A stretch of DNA of 60,026 nt, counting the filler, from Sphacelaria rigidula (Eukaryota), in assembly GCA_964200075.2 (NCBI GenBank). It is 8 parts of 8 records of this genome, joined end to end, with 100 filler letters (N's around TTAATTAATTAA, not from the genome) between each part and the next. Parts side by side here need not be neighbours in the genome. Positions count along the whole stretch, not along the records: positions 1 to 7,417 come from CAXNAA020015023.1; positions 7,518 to 14,934 come from CAXNAA020015024.1; 6 more parts are not named here. The stretch is one strand, 5' to 3'. Position 1 is the stretch's first letter. The number at the start of each line of letters is the position of its first letter. This document shows positions 1-12,114 of this stretch, one piece after another. The notes beneath the pieces were generated by a model. The model did not search any database and was not told where the DNA came from. It saw only the letters and a list, made by a program, of their open reading frames with translations. The translations under genes were made by a program, and so were the position numbers.

Positions 1-153
1 TGAAGTTGATGCCGATTCAACAGAAGACTAACCTCGCGGTCTAAGGGTTAACCCTTGGACCGCGAAGTTAGTCTTCTGCTGAATCGGCATCAATTTCAGG
101 TGAACAAAAGTATGCATTGTCCAGAAAGACTAATCTCGCGGTCTAAGGGGTAA
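1..153. mobile_element. Two abutting piggyBac-type MITEs in opposite orientation (partial unit 1-47, TTAA 48-51, unit 52-149)
   Basis: ...CCTCGCGGTCTAAGGG-TTAA-CCCTTGGACCGCGAAG... forms a ~98-bp near-perfect palindrome centred on TTAA. CCC...GGG termini with TTAA flanks are piggyBac hallmarks. Confidence 0.7.
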
Positions 154-1620
154 GACAGGCCCTTAGTGTTGGTGTTATAGCTTGTTCGAAGTTATAAGTT
201 TCTGAGAAATTTATCACCATCCCAAGTGGTAAATAGACCTCGGGGTAACCCGCCCAGGTGCTGAAACGGTTGATTGACCTTTCCACCACCAGGGTGACCT
301 GTCTTTTGAATCGGCATCATTTTCACTCCAAGAACGACCGTACAGACCCAGATTATCCGCCCTGGCGGCCGAAGGGTCAAGGATACGCTCTTAGCGTCTC
401 TTCGTAAACTAAACTGTTGCACGCCCACCGTTGTCCGTGACTTGAAAACACTACTATTAATACGAGGATCGATGCTCTTTATTGATGTTTGCTGATCACG
501 ACAGGCGAAGGTTGTCGTAGGGATACAGTCCAGTAAAGTTCAGTACAGTCAACCTCTGCTATCAAAGGGTCAATAAACAAAATCAATCGCTTCACTGCTC
601 GGGTGGATCATCATTGAAATCGGCATCACTGATACGTGACAGACGACGAATGCAGAGACCCGCAGATTCTCCACCCTGGCGAGCTGGTGGTTGAAGGGTC
701 AAAGAACAGTTTTTTTTGTTTCATATCGTCCCGTCGGAAACGAACTTCAGCGCCTATCTTACTGTCCCGCACGCTTCTCTGTTTTCTGTATGTAGCCCAG
801 CACAATTCCATGGCTCGGTTCTGTCCTCGTGTCGGGAGTACGAAGCTAAGCTTCCTTCCGGGATGGTTAGGGTTCGATGGTTAGCGCCACTGTTGTAGTT
901 TGTTAAAAAAAAAGTCGACCATAGTTATACGACCAAAAAACTCTAGGTCGCCTCACGGGATGTTGTCACACAGACTGTGTATCGCACCTCTACTAGATTA
1001 ACGTCCCCTTTCCCTTCCTCATGCAGTTTTTCCCGCGAAGACATCTTCGGCGAAAGTTTGGAAAAACAGCCGAATTCCATGGTTGAGCACAAAATGCCTG
1101 CTCCTGATTGACGCGGCGATTCGGAAAAAATATCATCACAATTTTTTTTTCAAACGGTTAGGTTCATCGTCGGGGGTACAGCAGTAGCAGGGTCATGAGC
1201 GTTCATGTACCGGGCATTGGCTTTGAACCTATGCCTTAAACAGCCAGCATTCCGGAAGGAACGACCCAATTTTTTCCGATGCTGAGTTGAGAGCGGTGCG
1301 TTTACGCTTTGGTCGAGAAAAATGGTCTACAGAACGTTCTCGCAAACTTACGATTCTGAACTATAACCCGGAAATAATGATGAAAAATAATAGCCCGAAC
1401 CCTAAATCCCCGACCGAAGGCACACGAGAACCTTTGGCCAAGGGGGGTGCAAGAGTTCCTCTTGGGAAACTTAGCCTCGTTGTTCACTGTAAAATCAATT
1501 AAGAATCCCTTCAACCCTTTTCCCTCCAACACGTGAGCTCCATCGTGCTGTGTCGCACTAGTATATGCCAAACAGATCATGTGCCGTTTTTTTCCAGGGA
1601 ACACAACTTCTTCTTTTTTT

Positions 1621-1937
1621 TTAACCCTTAGACCGCGAGGGTAGTCCATGTGAATCATGCACACTTTTTTCAAGTGAGATTGATGCCGATTCAGCAAATG
1701 ACCCAACTCTCGCCCGTGAGGGTTAAAATTCGATTTAACCCTTGAACCGCGAGGTAAGTCTTTCTGGATCATGCATACCTTTTTTCACTTGAAATTGATA
1801 CCGATTCAACAGAAGACTAACCTCGCGGTCTAGGGTTAACCCTTTGACCGCGAGGGTAGTCTATCTGGATCATGCATACTTTTTTCAAGTGAATTGATGG
1901 CGATTCAACAGATGACCTCTCGCCGTCCAAGGGTAAA
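1621..1937. mobile_element. Three tandem ~95-98 bp piggyBac-type MITEs (1625-1722, 1739-1835, 1840-1933)
   Basis: Each unit starts TTAA|CCCTT.(G/A)ACCGCGAGG and ends CTCGC....GGG|TTAA (last one TAAA). Same family as 1-153. Confidence 0.75.
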
Positions 1938-2150
1938 CGGTCGACGAGGAAAAGGGACTGCTGAAATCCCTCTCGCGATTAAAAAGAAAGGCGAGCACCG
2001 CAGAAGGAAGGTGGGGTACTAAAAACAAATAAAAATAAATAAAAAAGCTCCTGTGTTGACCTTCCTACTGTGTGACCCCGACTGATGCGCCCACATATAC
2101 CGAACGGTGTAGCTCGTCGTCTAGAATAGATGGGATGACAACACAACACA
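1938..2150 (+). repeat. 3' part of the SINE-like repeat also at 5077-5445
   Basis: GGTCGACGAGG..AAGGGAC...GTTGACCTTCCT...GATGACAAC.CAACACA aligns by eye to 5229-5441. Confidence 0.7.
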
Positions 2151-2540
2151 CTTTTATGCCGCTCTCGCATTGTCCTCCTACAAACGGCATATAATCAACA
2201 TCTATGCCGAATCGGCATACTATCGGACCGCTTTCATGCCAACGCGGGGTATTTTTGGGTCATCTTTTGTGCCTAGAGATCAGCTTGACATGCGAGCTTG
2301 CCGCGAGTGAAGCACGAACACGGCAGAGCACTCGAAGCTGTAAGCCATGCCATGTGCAGCAGGACAACGTTAGAAGGCGCGAGAGCTAACGCCAGGCCCT
2401 CCTCACTACACACAACATGAGTGCCCCAAGTTTGGCAAGTACGTCCATGCCATGAGCGGTGTGCAAGGCCCGGAGAGCAGCAACGAGAGCCAAAATAACG
2501 TGGATTGCCGGTCAAAGGGTGTTACGTAGTGCATAATTGT

Positions 2541-3791
2541 TGGGGCTGTGAACTGGCTGCTCTGGCCAGTCAAGTTTAGACTGGCCGTGCCAGCGCCCCC
2601 CCCCGGCTGATCAAGGGAGCCCGCGGGAGCACCGCCGGAGGCGAGGAAAAATGCGTGACATGGCTTGTTCTTCCTTCAAAAATGTGGAAAAATGTGGAAA
2701 ATTGTAGAAAATGTCACCCCTCACATTGAGCAGCTGAAAGTCTAAGGTGAAACAAGAGTGCTCGAAAAAATCCTCCGAGACCCCATGTACCCCCCCCTCC
2801 CCCCCGCCCCTCCGGCGGTCGTAGGATTTTTTTTTGTCACATGAAGGAACACTCAATAAATAGGCATTGTGGGGCGACTTGGGTGAGGTAGCGCATATGA
2901 TTGTTGGCCTTATCTGCCACTACAAGATGCGACGCACATTGGACGCAAATTGACGGTGCAGATAGATGCGTTTAGCTTGATTGAGCAAGCATTGTAGAGC
3001 ATTGTGGTATCTGCCTGCTCTTGTTCTTGTTCTCGTCGTGGGAGTGCGATGTGCAATGTATTCCCGAAGTCCATGAATATAACTTGGCCTTACTTGGCTC
3101 CGAAGGTTTGCGAAGAATTGAAGCTTCATTATCACGAGTTTTAATTCATCATATACTTTTCAGTTCATTTCTTTATTCTTGATTTTTTTCATGTACGGGA
3201 TTTAGTACCCCCCCCCCCCGAAAAACTCCACGATTCAAAAAAGGGGCATAGGGTCCCGGATTGTTTTTTTGGGCACTCTTGGATGACGTTCAAATCCCAT
3301 TCAATGCGGTGAGCGATTCGAAAACCATTCATCTGTACATGCCGCAGCAGACTCTCCGTGAGGAGAGGAGGATGCAAACAAGCCAAGGCTGGCAGCACGC
3401 GGGGATAAGAGCGCAATTTGATTCACGTCCTGAACCACACGCACGCATGCAGTTGAACTGCAAGCCATGGTGTATTTTTTATTTTGTAATCACGGATCAC
3501 CGTTCGTTTGAGACGACAAACCTGGCATATATCCGCAATATCACTTTGAGGTGTAGTGACCAGGAAACCTGTACTGTACTGTCTCTACCTGTACTGTTGT
3601 CAGGTGCAGACCCTCGTCCTATTGCCATTTTGTTCGGAATCATGTAAGAATCCTTGTTAGAAACTCACCATACTAGAAATGGGATAAACATAGCCGGTAA
3701 CGGCAAACTTCAACCAAACTGGATAAACTGGAGTCCTCATCACCAGTTCCAGTTCAAGTGCCAGTACAAACTGGCCCAGTTCACAGCCTCA
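2541..3791. mobile_element. Possible non-autonomous DNA transposon remnant
   Basis: TGGGGCTGTGAACTGG (2541) and CCAGTTCACAGCCTCA (3776-3791) are inverted, with AACTGG/CCAGT subterminal motifs at both ends. No clear TSD. Confidence 0.4.
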
Positions 3792-4299
3792 TATTTTTGT
3801 GACGAAAACTCTGCTTGCTCCTCCTCCTTCATGACCATTAGACTTATGCAGTAAGGCGTTTTGGAAATATGAAAAGAGAAGAAAAAAAACGGCAAGTAGT
3901 AGATTCATAGGCAAAAATACTCCTACGCACGTGGTTCCATGATCTGCATCGACGAACGCCCTTCAGGGAAACGCGGATCTGCGAAGCCGGCAAATTGCGG
4001 TTGTCATCATTCGCAGCAGGGAGGGTTGCTTGATTATGAATTGCTCCCCACACATGCGCTGGAAAAAAAAAATGGTATCCTTACAACGGCCACCATATCA
4101 CTTGTCCACCGCGCCGCCCCGGATGGATTATTACTCAATCTTGTTCGAAGGATATTCCTTCTTTTTGTTGTTGTAAGGAAATAGATCATGTCAATTCGCC
4201 GACAGAGTGTGGTTGCCCTGTGCATTGTATGATACTGCGTGCACACACAAACATACCATCGGTACAGTTCAGGCTGTAGACTAGTCGTATGCGGGGTCA

Positions 4300-4771
4300 G
4301 ACCGACTCTAATGGGAGCCGTTCAAAGTTCCTGTTCAACACTGCCATTCTGGCCCTCCTCCGTCGTTTTACGCCTGAAAAGAGGGCTAGGCGGCTGTTGA
4401 CGCCTTGGAATGACTTGCTGTACTCATTGAGGCCGTCCCAGGACAACTTTGCATTTCCCGCTGGCCGCACTTTTATTTTTGGCCGAACACGGGTTTTCAG
4501 CAGATCACGGTCAAGCGATCGAAAAACAGGGGGGAAATTTTGATCACCTGGCCGTTTTTTACTGAAGATCCGTGCTTGGCCTCATTTCGCCTAAAACGAA
4601 AGTGCCGCCAGCGGGAAATGCAAAGTTGCCCTGGAAGCGTCTCAACGAGCAGAGCAAGCCATTCCAAGGCGTCAACATCCGCCTAGCCCTCTTTTCGGGC
4701 GTAAATCAACGGAGAAGGGCCCAAAAGGCTGTTTCGACAAGAATTTTGAACGGCTGCCATTACAGTTGGCC
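4300..4771. mobile_element. Fold-back MITE, PIF/Harbinger-like
   Basis: ~470-bp imperfect palindrome with flanks TCA / TTA. Internal arms are shared with 9896-10370. Confidence 0.7.
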
Positions 4772-5076
4772 TTAGAGTGGCCTTTCGTCATCTTCAGTTT
4801 TTCCAGTAGATTTCTTGACAACGGACTATGAAGTAATAAAACTATGAGAGATTACAGTTCGCATTATAGCTTTTTCGCTATATCCCGGGCACGACGGGAA
4901 AGCATGTCCCCACCTGTCGATGAAGACCCCAGAGCCGTCCTCTAGTGAAGTGGGAAGGAGAAGACGAATGCATGTATGGACGGAAAAGTGAGGCAATCAG
5001 GCCGCCACATCGTAGTATGCGCAACGACTGCTGAGCACTGGAGAAAATGATCACGCACGGTCGATGTTAACCGGTC

Positions 5077-5445
5077 GCCCCGGTGGCTCAGTTGGTAAAC
5101 TCGAACCCTTCTGACGGTTGGGACGTGAGCTTGAACCTAGGCGGAGTCAAATTAACTGGGATTTTTTCTCACACCATGTCCAACCATGGAGAGGGACTTC
5201 GACGTGGGTACACAAAGTTTGCCTTCATGGTCGACGAGGGAAAGGGACCGCCGAACCCTTTTCACGATGAAAAGAAAGGCAAGCACCGCGGAAAGGAGGT
5301 GGTACAACATGTATCTTTTTTCAAGTGAAGGAAAAAAAACTCATGAGTTGACCTTCCTCTTGTTTGACCCCGGCTGATGAGCCCGCATACTCCGAAATGT
5401 GTAGACTGGCGTCCAGAATAGACGCGATGACAACGCAACACAGTC
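5077..5445 (+). mobile_element. tRNA-derived SINE-like element
   Basis: Head GCCCCGG-TGGCTCAGTTGG (A box 5084-5095) and a degenerate B box GCTTGAACC (5129-5137), followed by a non-tRNA body that recurs at 1938-2150. Confidence 0.6.
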
Positions 5446-7417
5446 GACGGATAGGCTATATCGTACGACATGTGGCAAGTTGCGGAGGAAGACCGTAACA
5501 CTCATGCGGGGAGAGTTTTAATTGTCAACACGACACCCAGGTTCGACCAAGTGCATGGCCCAGGTGAAATGTATTGCCAAAATCATATTTTCCTTTTGGT
5601 TTCTAGTATGTTCCACAGGTGTTCTGCTGTCTATTTGACCACTCGTGCGTAATTAAATGTGGGACGTTTATGTTGTAAACAAAACGAGGTTTTTTGCTGC
5701 ATACACAATCTACATACAGTCAACTTGCAGTTGCTGTCTTTTGCGCTCTGAGTCATGCTGGTTCCCACTGCCCGGCGTGGGCGACGAAGACAAAAACTGC
5801 TTCGAGATTATCGTGAATCATGGAATGTACCATGACGGTCAAGATGGGGGACGAAAGAGAGAGGTCTGCGTTGAAGCAAGCCCTTGGCGAGGTACCTAGT
5901 ACTGTACTGCACTCTACGCGCGCAATACAACAGGATGTTGCCACATCATCATTGCAAACGTGTTCGGCAACGCATGTCTTTCAATAGTGTCGCGCAATTG
6001 TGCAGTCAACGTTTTGGCGCACGCATACAAATGCAGTAATGGACCCGCACTGATACTACATAGCCACAAGCCAAAAAAAACATCTACCCTAGTCGCAATT
6101 TCGCCTTACTCCGCATAGGGTGGGTACCCGCCGTACAGTAGTAGTATGTAAAAAGGTGGGAAATCGCTTCATGGCGGGATGAGGGCACCACCTGCGAATA
6201 TCGACAATGATAGTCACCCGACACTAGGGGCTTTGGTGCGCATGTGTGTGTGTGATTGCACGTACGGCTCGCTCTATGCCGCCGGTAGCACACGCCCTTA
6301 TGTTCAGTTGACGTCGTTTCAGCCTTTACCATTTCAAGTCACACCATAAGCTTGTTTGAACATTTCCCCATCCCGGGTGTGTGAGAGCACTATGCTCCAA
6401 CGGCGAAGACTGGCTGAAGTGGTGCGGGCGCTGTGTCGGTGCTCTCTATCTGCCGTCTTAGGTTCATATGGATGCAGTGTGGAGCACAACACAGATTACT
6501 TCAAGTTGAGAGCCGTTTCTCGTTGGGACCGGGTCCCCTGCAGCAAAACTGCCCGATAAATGGGGAACAACCCCATCGTAGGAATTGCTTAGGGGATCAG
6601 AGTTGTACAACTCCAGGAACATTTTCAGCACATGCGGAGAGAGGAAGAAAATATGTCGAGTCCGCACACCCTGGACAATAGATCCTACTGTCAAAACGTG
6701 TACTGCGTATAGTATGGAATCTGTTGTCTGTTGCAATGGCTCTCTGGGCCTTGTACTACACGTATGATGTACGGTGTTGCATCTACGTCAAAACTGAATG
6801 TGGGCATCACATCATTTCGTGTACTTGTTTCGAATTCAAATTTTATCCACCCTTCTCTCGTCGTTGAAAGCCAACAGGAACACTTCCAGGCCCTTGCACT
6901 AAAGCCGCGTCAAGTATATTTTGACGCCGCGCCAGCCAGTCGTGAGGTTGTCAACCTTCTGTGTCGTTTTTGTTCGCGGCATGGATGAAATCCGTCAAGC
7001 CTTCCGCGAAGGATGTCACATGGTCTCTTATGAATCACGTAAACATTTTGCTTGTTCCAACAGACTGCGTGGCGCAGGAGATTTTAGTATTTGGACATCA
7101 GCATAGTGGTATCCGGGAGGTAACAAGCTGCCTATGCACTTGCTCAAGCCACGTCAACCGGACTGTTTGAGCCATTTTCCCCGACAAGTTCTCGGACTCC
7201 GACCAGGGTATTCGGTTGACGAGAATTGTGTAACCCCGCCAAACTATTACAATAGGACACTGATAATCTTGAAGTAGCTCGCGTTACCTTTGAGGCGTGG
7301 GAAACGATGTATTACGAGAGAAGGAGCCTCTCGGTGTAACAACGTGGAGCTGGCCCATGCGCGGGGGGGGGGGGGGGGGGGCACATCTTTTTTTTTTGCC
7401 AATATAGGAAAAGAACA

Positions 7418-7517
7418 NNNNNNNNNNNNNNNNNNNNNNNNNNNNNNNNNNNNNNNNNNNNTTAATTAATTAANNNNNNNNNNNNNNNNNNNNNNNNNNN
7501 NNNNNNNNNNNNNNNNN
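7418..7517. other. Artificial contig linker
   Basis: 100 bp: N-run + TTAATTAATTAA + N-run. Confidence 0.98.
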
Positions 7518-7518
7518 T

Positions 7519-7632
7519 GGAGCAAACGGACCCGTAACGGATGAGATACATGCATGATGCATGGTGGCATGCCACAAGAGTGCTCACTCTGCCATAAGAA
7601 TGTATCTCATCCGTCACGAGTCCGTTTGCTCC
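7519..7632. repeat. Inverted repeat, probably the core of a fold-back MITE
   Basis: GGAGCAAACGGACCCGTAACGGATGAGATACAT ... ATGTATCTCATCCGTCACGAGTCCGTTTGCTCC: 33-bp arms with 2 mismatches. Confidence 0.75.
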
Positions 7633-8572
7633 GTGCGATGGCTTGAACGATAGCTAGAGACTGTGAGTGTTTTTCATGTGTTGCTGTGTCCATGCGGGGC
7701 TTGTGGGACGGATGCTGAACGTTGACGGATGTAACACATTACGTCAACGCTGACGTAAGTAGCAAGACCCTTTTATTTCAAGGGTAGGAAGAGAAGAGAG
7801 CGACACAAGAGGCGTACACCTGCTTCTTGGGGTGACAGGTGCTGATGCTTGGATGCATACCTGAGAGGCAGCGCAGACAGACAACCTCCCTGTTTTGTTT
7901 GAAAATCGTGTGCTTGTTGTCGTGGGGTTTCCCCGTCCCCACCCCGCCGGGTTCGAACCCACACGGACGGGTGGCCGCTTGTGCACGTGTTCTGCATTTT
8001 GGAGCGTCCCCAGGTTATCGATGAGTTGAATAGCATGCCTATGATGTGAAGCGGGTTAGACAACACATGTCCCTAGGTATATAGGTGGGTTGACAATAGT
8101 CACACGAGCGACAACGCTTGTGATCACGACCCAATTCATGCTGTGCGTACGTCTTCGAAGTGGTAACACTCCAGAATGCTGACATGTACCAGCGGCCGCC
8201 TGCTAGTGATACGCGTCTCAGTACGGCAGCTTTGTTGCACTCTCACGTTCCTGCATTCGAGTCAGAGTGAGGGTGGGGAGTCATATTTTTCCCGGTTTGG
8301 GCAATTTCCGGAAGACTCTTTTTCACCGAACAACAATCGAGCCCGAGGCTTTCGTGAAGAAATGTTTAGGCGCGCATAGAGCAGAGATCAGCTCTTCAAA
8401 GTTCATAATTCGAAGCAGTTATGTCGAGAAACGATGTAAAATGACGGCATCGTTCAGCCCATCTGAAAAATTCCAATGAGTTCTAAATAGTAATATCTCG
8501 CAGCTTTCTCTTCTTACTAGAAAACGACAGCGCTGCTACTGTACTGCGGAGGAGAAGGGGGTTAGGGAAGAA

Positions 8573-8920
8573 GAGTAGTACCGCGATAGCACCCCCCCTT
8601 CCTCTCCCTCCCCCCCCCCGCCTCGAAAGGGATGCGTGGTCAATGGTCAAACGACTAAGGTAAGCGACAAATAAATACGCCCCCCCCCCCAAACCAGTCC
8701 CAAAACTGTCACGAAAAAAATCCCATACAGCTGTGGTGCTGACTTCAGACTGCATTAACCCCCCTTACACCATGGGCGACAATGGCGAAAACGGTCCAAA
8801 GCTTGGGAGTTCTCAGCTGCCCGATTTGCTTAGCTCTTGTCATTGCGATTGGCATATTATGGAGTTTGCCTCCTCAAATGAGCCACTATTCTAGTGGGAG
8901 GAGCTATCGCGGCATCACTT
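8573..8920. mobile_element. Sola2-type MITE interrupted by a LINE 3' fragment
   Basis: Ends GAGTAGTACCGCGATAGC / GCTATCGCGGCATCACTT. Body is similar to 33294-33550. Confidence 0.55.
8620..8690 (+). mobile_element. 5'-truncated LINE 3' end with oligo(C)
   Basis: CTCGAAAGGGATGCGTGGTCAATGGTCAAACGACTAAGG...TACG-C11 matches 31185-31254. Flanked on both sides by C runs. Confidence 0.85.
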
Positions 8921-9122
8921 GGAGCTCTACCATGAAAAGTCCAAAAGCAAAGAGATCGTATACATCGAGTATGCATGATTTTTAGGTAGAACATATACGC
9001 GTCCGCTACCTTTGGCGATTAATCCAACTGACTAGATTGTGAAACAAGTATACAAGAAGCACGTGAAGAGATCGCTGGCAGCCAACTTATACCCGTCAAC
9101 GCGGAGCCATCTGTGCATACCG

Positions 9123-9359
9123 GAGTCATGCTACAGTACGAAAGGGGGGGGGTATTTTGGGCCGTTTTCTTCCACGAAATAGCAGCAACGGTTGTTCAAA
9201 CGCGCTTGCTTCCGATAAAAAACGCTCACTCATACTTCTTGACACCGGTTTTACCAAAGTACAAGCGCACCGCGAGTGTGTTAAGTCGTGTGAAGCAGTC
9301 ATGAGCCCATATTTTCGTGGAATCAAACACCCCCCTGCCTTTCTATGGTAGCATGGTTT
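9123..9359. mobile_element. Sola2-type MITE (diverged)
   Basis: Left end GAGTCATGCTAC...AAGGGGGGGGTATTTTGGGCC matches 37432-37467. Imperfect inverted right end near 9330-9359. Confidence 0.45.
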
Positions 9360-9895
9360 ACCGCTCAAATACGTCGCGAACTGCATTCAAAGCGGGAGGG
9401 GGGCTACACGTCGGATGTAGACAACATTATTGCTGATTGTATTGTTCTGCGTGCGTCCTTTTCCCGTTTACAACTTTTCCTCCGAAAACATTTCACTTGC
9501 AAGCTTTCGATTGTTGCATTTTATCCAAGACAACCTCAACTCCTCACGGTCACTCCCAATACCGTATTGGGAAAAAATCGGAGGCAGGCACTTTTGTGTA
9601 GAACGAGCTCACGTCACCGGCTCCTTGTCTGGATTTGTGCTTCTTGTGGAGAAATAACCCACGAGGGTTCTCCCCCACATGCCAGACTTCGTTTTGTCAA
9701 GACCTAAGGTAACCACTGACAACGTAAACTCCGACTCAAGGCATATCGGCAACGGTGGGGCACGAGGGATACATGGGTGCCCCAGGCAGTGTGCGTCGGC
9801 AGAGCATGTGTGCATTTGGGCTGAAACTCGTGCTGAGCAGGCTGGATTTGTCCGTGGGACTGCGAGCCCTGTGATTATCCGAATATTATTATTCA

Positions 9896-10370
9896 GGCCG
9901 CTCCGTATAACAGACGAAAATAAAAATCTGGACAAGTGCCGTTTTATAGCTTCGACGTCATTTTACGCTCCAAAAGAGAGCTAGGCGGAGGTTGATACCT
10001 TGGAATGACATGCTCTACTAGTTGAGACGGTTCCAGGACATCTTCCCGTTTTCCGGTGGCCGCAGTTTTTATTTTGGCCAAACAAGATTTTTTGTCCAAG
10101 AACGGTCAAAAACAGTCAAATCTAGAAAAAATCGCCACTTTTCTCTGGACCCGAGTGTTTTTTACCGTTCTTGGACAAAAATTCTTGTTCGGCCAAAAAA
10201 AACTGCGGCAATCGGAAAACCGGAATATGCCCTGGAACCGCCTCAACTACTACAGCGAGTCACTCCAAGGTGTCAAACTCCGCCTAGCTCTCTTTTGGGG
10301 CGTAAAACGACGTAGAAGCTCCAAAAAGGCACTTTTCCAGATTTGTATTTATCTGTTACAAGGAGCGGCC
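9896..10370. mobile_element. Fold-back MITE, PIF/Harbinger-like, 475 bp
   Basis: TCA|GGCCGCTCC...GGAGCGGCC|TCA: exact 3-bp TSD and palindromic over almost its whole length. Confidence 0.85.
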
Positions 10371-10398
10371 TCAGTCCAGAATTTTCAACCGCGGATTT

Positions 10399-10450
10399 TT
10401 TTTGGGGGGGGCGTACTCATTTGTTGCTTGCCTTAGTCGTTTGACCATTG
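10399..10450 (-). mobile_element. 52-bp LINE 3' fragment with TSD
   Basis: Minus strand reads CAATGGTCAAACGACTAAGGCAAGCAACAAATGAGTACG-C8-A5. Direct repeat ACCGCGGATTT at 10388-10398 and 10451-10461. Confidence 0.85.
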
Positions 10451-12114
10451 ACCGCGGATTTAGGGACCCGGTTTGGCGAGTTGGGGAGAGCTCTACTGAA
10501 AATATATACTTCGCCGTATACGGTATATACATAAATATATACTCGTCATTTTTTCAACCCCTCCCCTTCCTCGGGACGAGTCCTTGGTCCCAAGGGATCA
10601 ACCCATCCCTCATCCCGTTGACGCCTCGATCCTGGTAACGCAGCTTGGATCAGCACTCCGCGTGAGCGTCGACTCTCGTCAACTTAACTCTCTTTGTTAC
10701 TCACGTCCGACCGGACTGCTGTCGGCTGTACGAACCAGACCACCGGGGCGCAGCGGCAGACTTTATGCGTCTAGTTATCGTGCCGTCAACAGAAAGTGAG
10801 GCTTCTCAAGCTCAAACCTGTTTCAGAGTACCCCGATGGACTACCGCGAATATTTCTTCCGCTGGTTTTCCCCGCCTCACGACCCCACCTGTATCTGCCG
10901 GAAGTTTCGCAGCACTCATGACATGCTACCCTTTGTCTTGAATTATCGATCGTGCCAAGATAGTGCTCCTTCTCGAGGACATCGAGGATTGTAAAACCCC
11001 ACCACCGGGGGGCATTCGTCATCCGCAACCTACACCAGGAGCTCCGAATGGTACACCCGTTCCCCCTCGTGCGCCATTTAATAATCCCTCATGTAAAAAA
11101 CGTGTATTTCTGTTATTTACGATACCACTGGCGTTTACCGCGCTACAACGAAATGTCCCCGGATTTAGTGATCTCATCGTCGTTGGCCAAAAGCCCATCC
11201 ATCACAATCCGTCCTGAATAACGGGGTATGCCACCGAGGTAAGACCACAGGGTGACGACGGCCATCAACCTCGAGTTTGATGCCAGCAAGGGCCGTGTGC
11301 TACGAAGAGGCCCATCCACGCGCAGCTCTCCCCAACACAGACCTCCACCGAACCTTCCCAACAGCACAGCTTCGGCATCAGTAAGCACCGTAGCCTAGTG
11401 GGCAAATGAAGCTGACAGTCCACAATCGGCTGGTGTTATCCGCCGTGATGTAAAGCATGCCAACGCGTCGCTTTGCAGTCCGGTTCTCGGGGGAAAGTAC
11501 TCCTCCGGCGGTACAAGATATCCTAAAATGCTTCGCAGTCTCACGGAGTTACTCTAGCGGGGAAGGGACGGCGAAGAGAGAGGACACGGCACGAGCGCGG
11601 AGCCGATGAATTTGTTGGTGCAGTTGCTATCCACGTATGCAGTTGTCATGCCCCGTCGTCTACAGGTTATGTCTCGTAATCTACAGGTCGTGTTACGTCA
11701 TGTGAACGTCATGTTCTGTAACATACGTGTGAAAATACAGGGGGCAATTAGTACAAGATGTGACCATGGACATTATTCTCAACCATTCTACTGAGCGAAG
11801 CATTCTTTAAATGCTGGTGAAGTTTTTCCGACAACGATAACAATCGCCATCGAAACACAAGTACATGAACGGCCCGCTAATTTCCACGTCTGTACAAATT
11901 ATTTATAGAAAAATAGAGCGAGACGACAGACTACACGTAAGGCCCGGCGCGAACACTTCGCCGCTACTGTTTACTGCTACCCCGAAACAAACCTTTACTG
12001 TGCACACTGCAGAGCATGAACCATCCGGAGCCCTTACGGTGCTGCACCGCTACGATCTTAGCACACTCGCAGAAAACTGGATGTACCTCAGAGCGCCCAC
12101 AAACGGGCCTACCC

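Noticed and set aside
5077-5150. Functional tRNA gene
   Set aside because: T-arm/B box is degenerate, the acceptor stem pairs poorly, and it runs into a repeated body, so a SINE head fits better.
5650-7330. Possible decayed exons in contig 1
   Set aside because: Short frames with stops and no motif I can recognise; cannot support a call.
7462-7473. Periodic TTAATTAATTAA motif every ~7.5 kb
   Set aside because: Artificial all-frame stop linker embedded in N runs, not biology.
7925-8015. GGTTCGAACCC B-box motif
   Set aside because: No convincing A box or cloverleaf and no second copy in the window.
10462-11050. Possible LTR plus gag start
   Set aside because: No second LTR, no clear TG...CA ends and no PBS identified.
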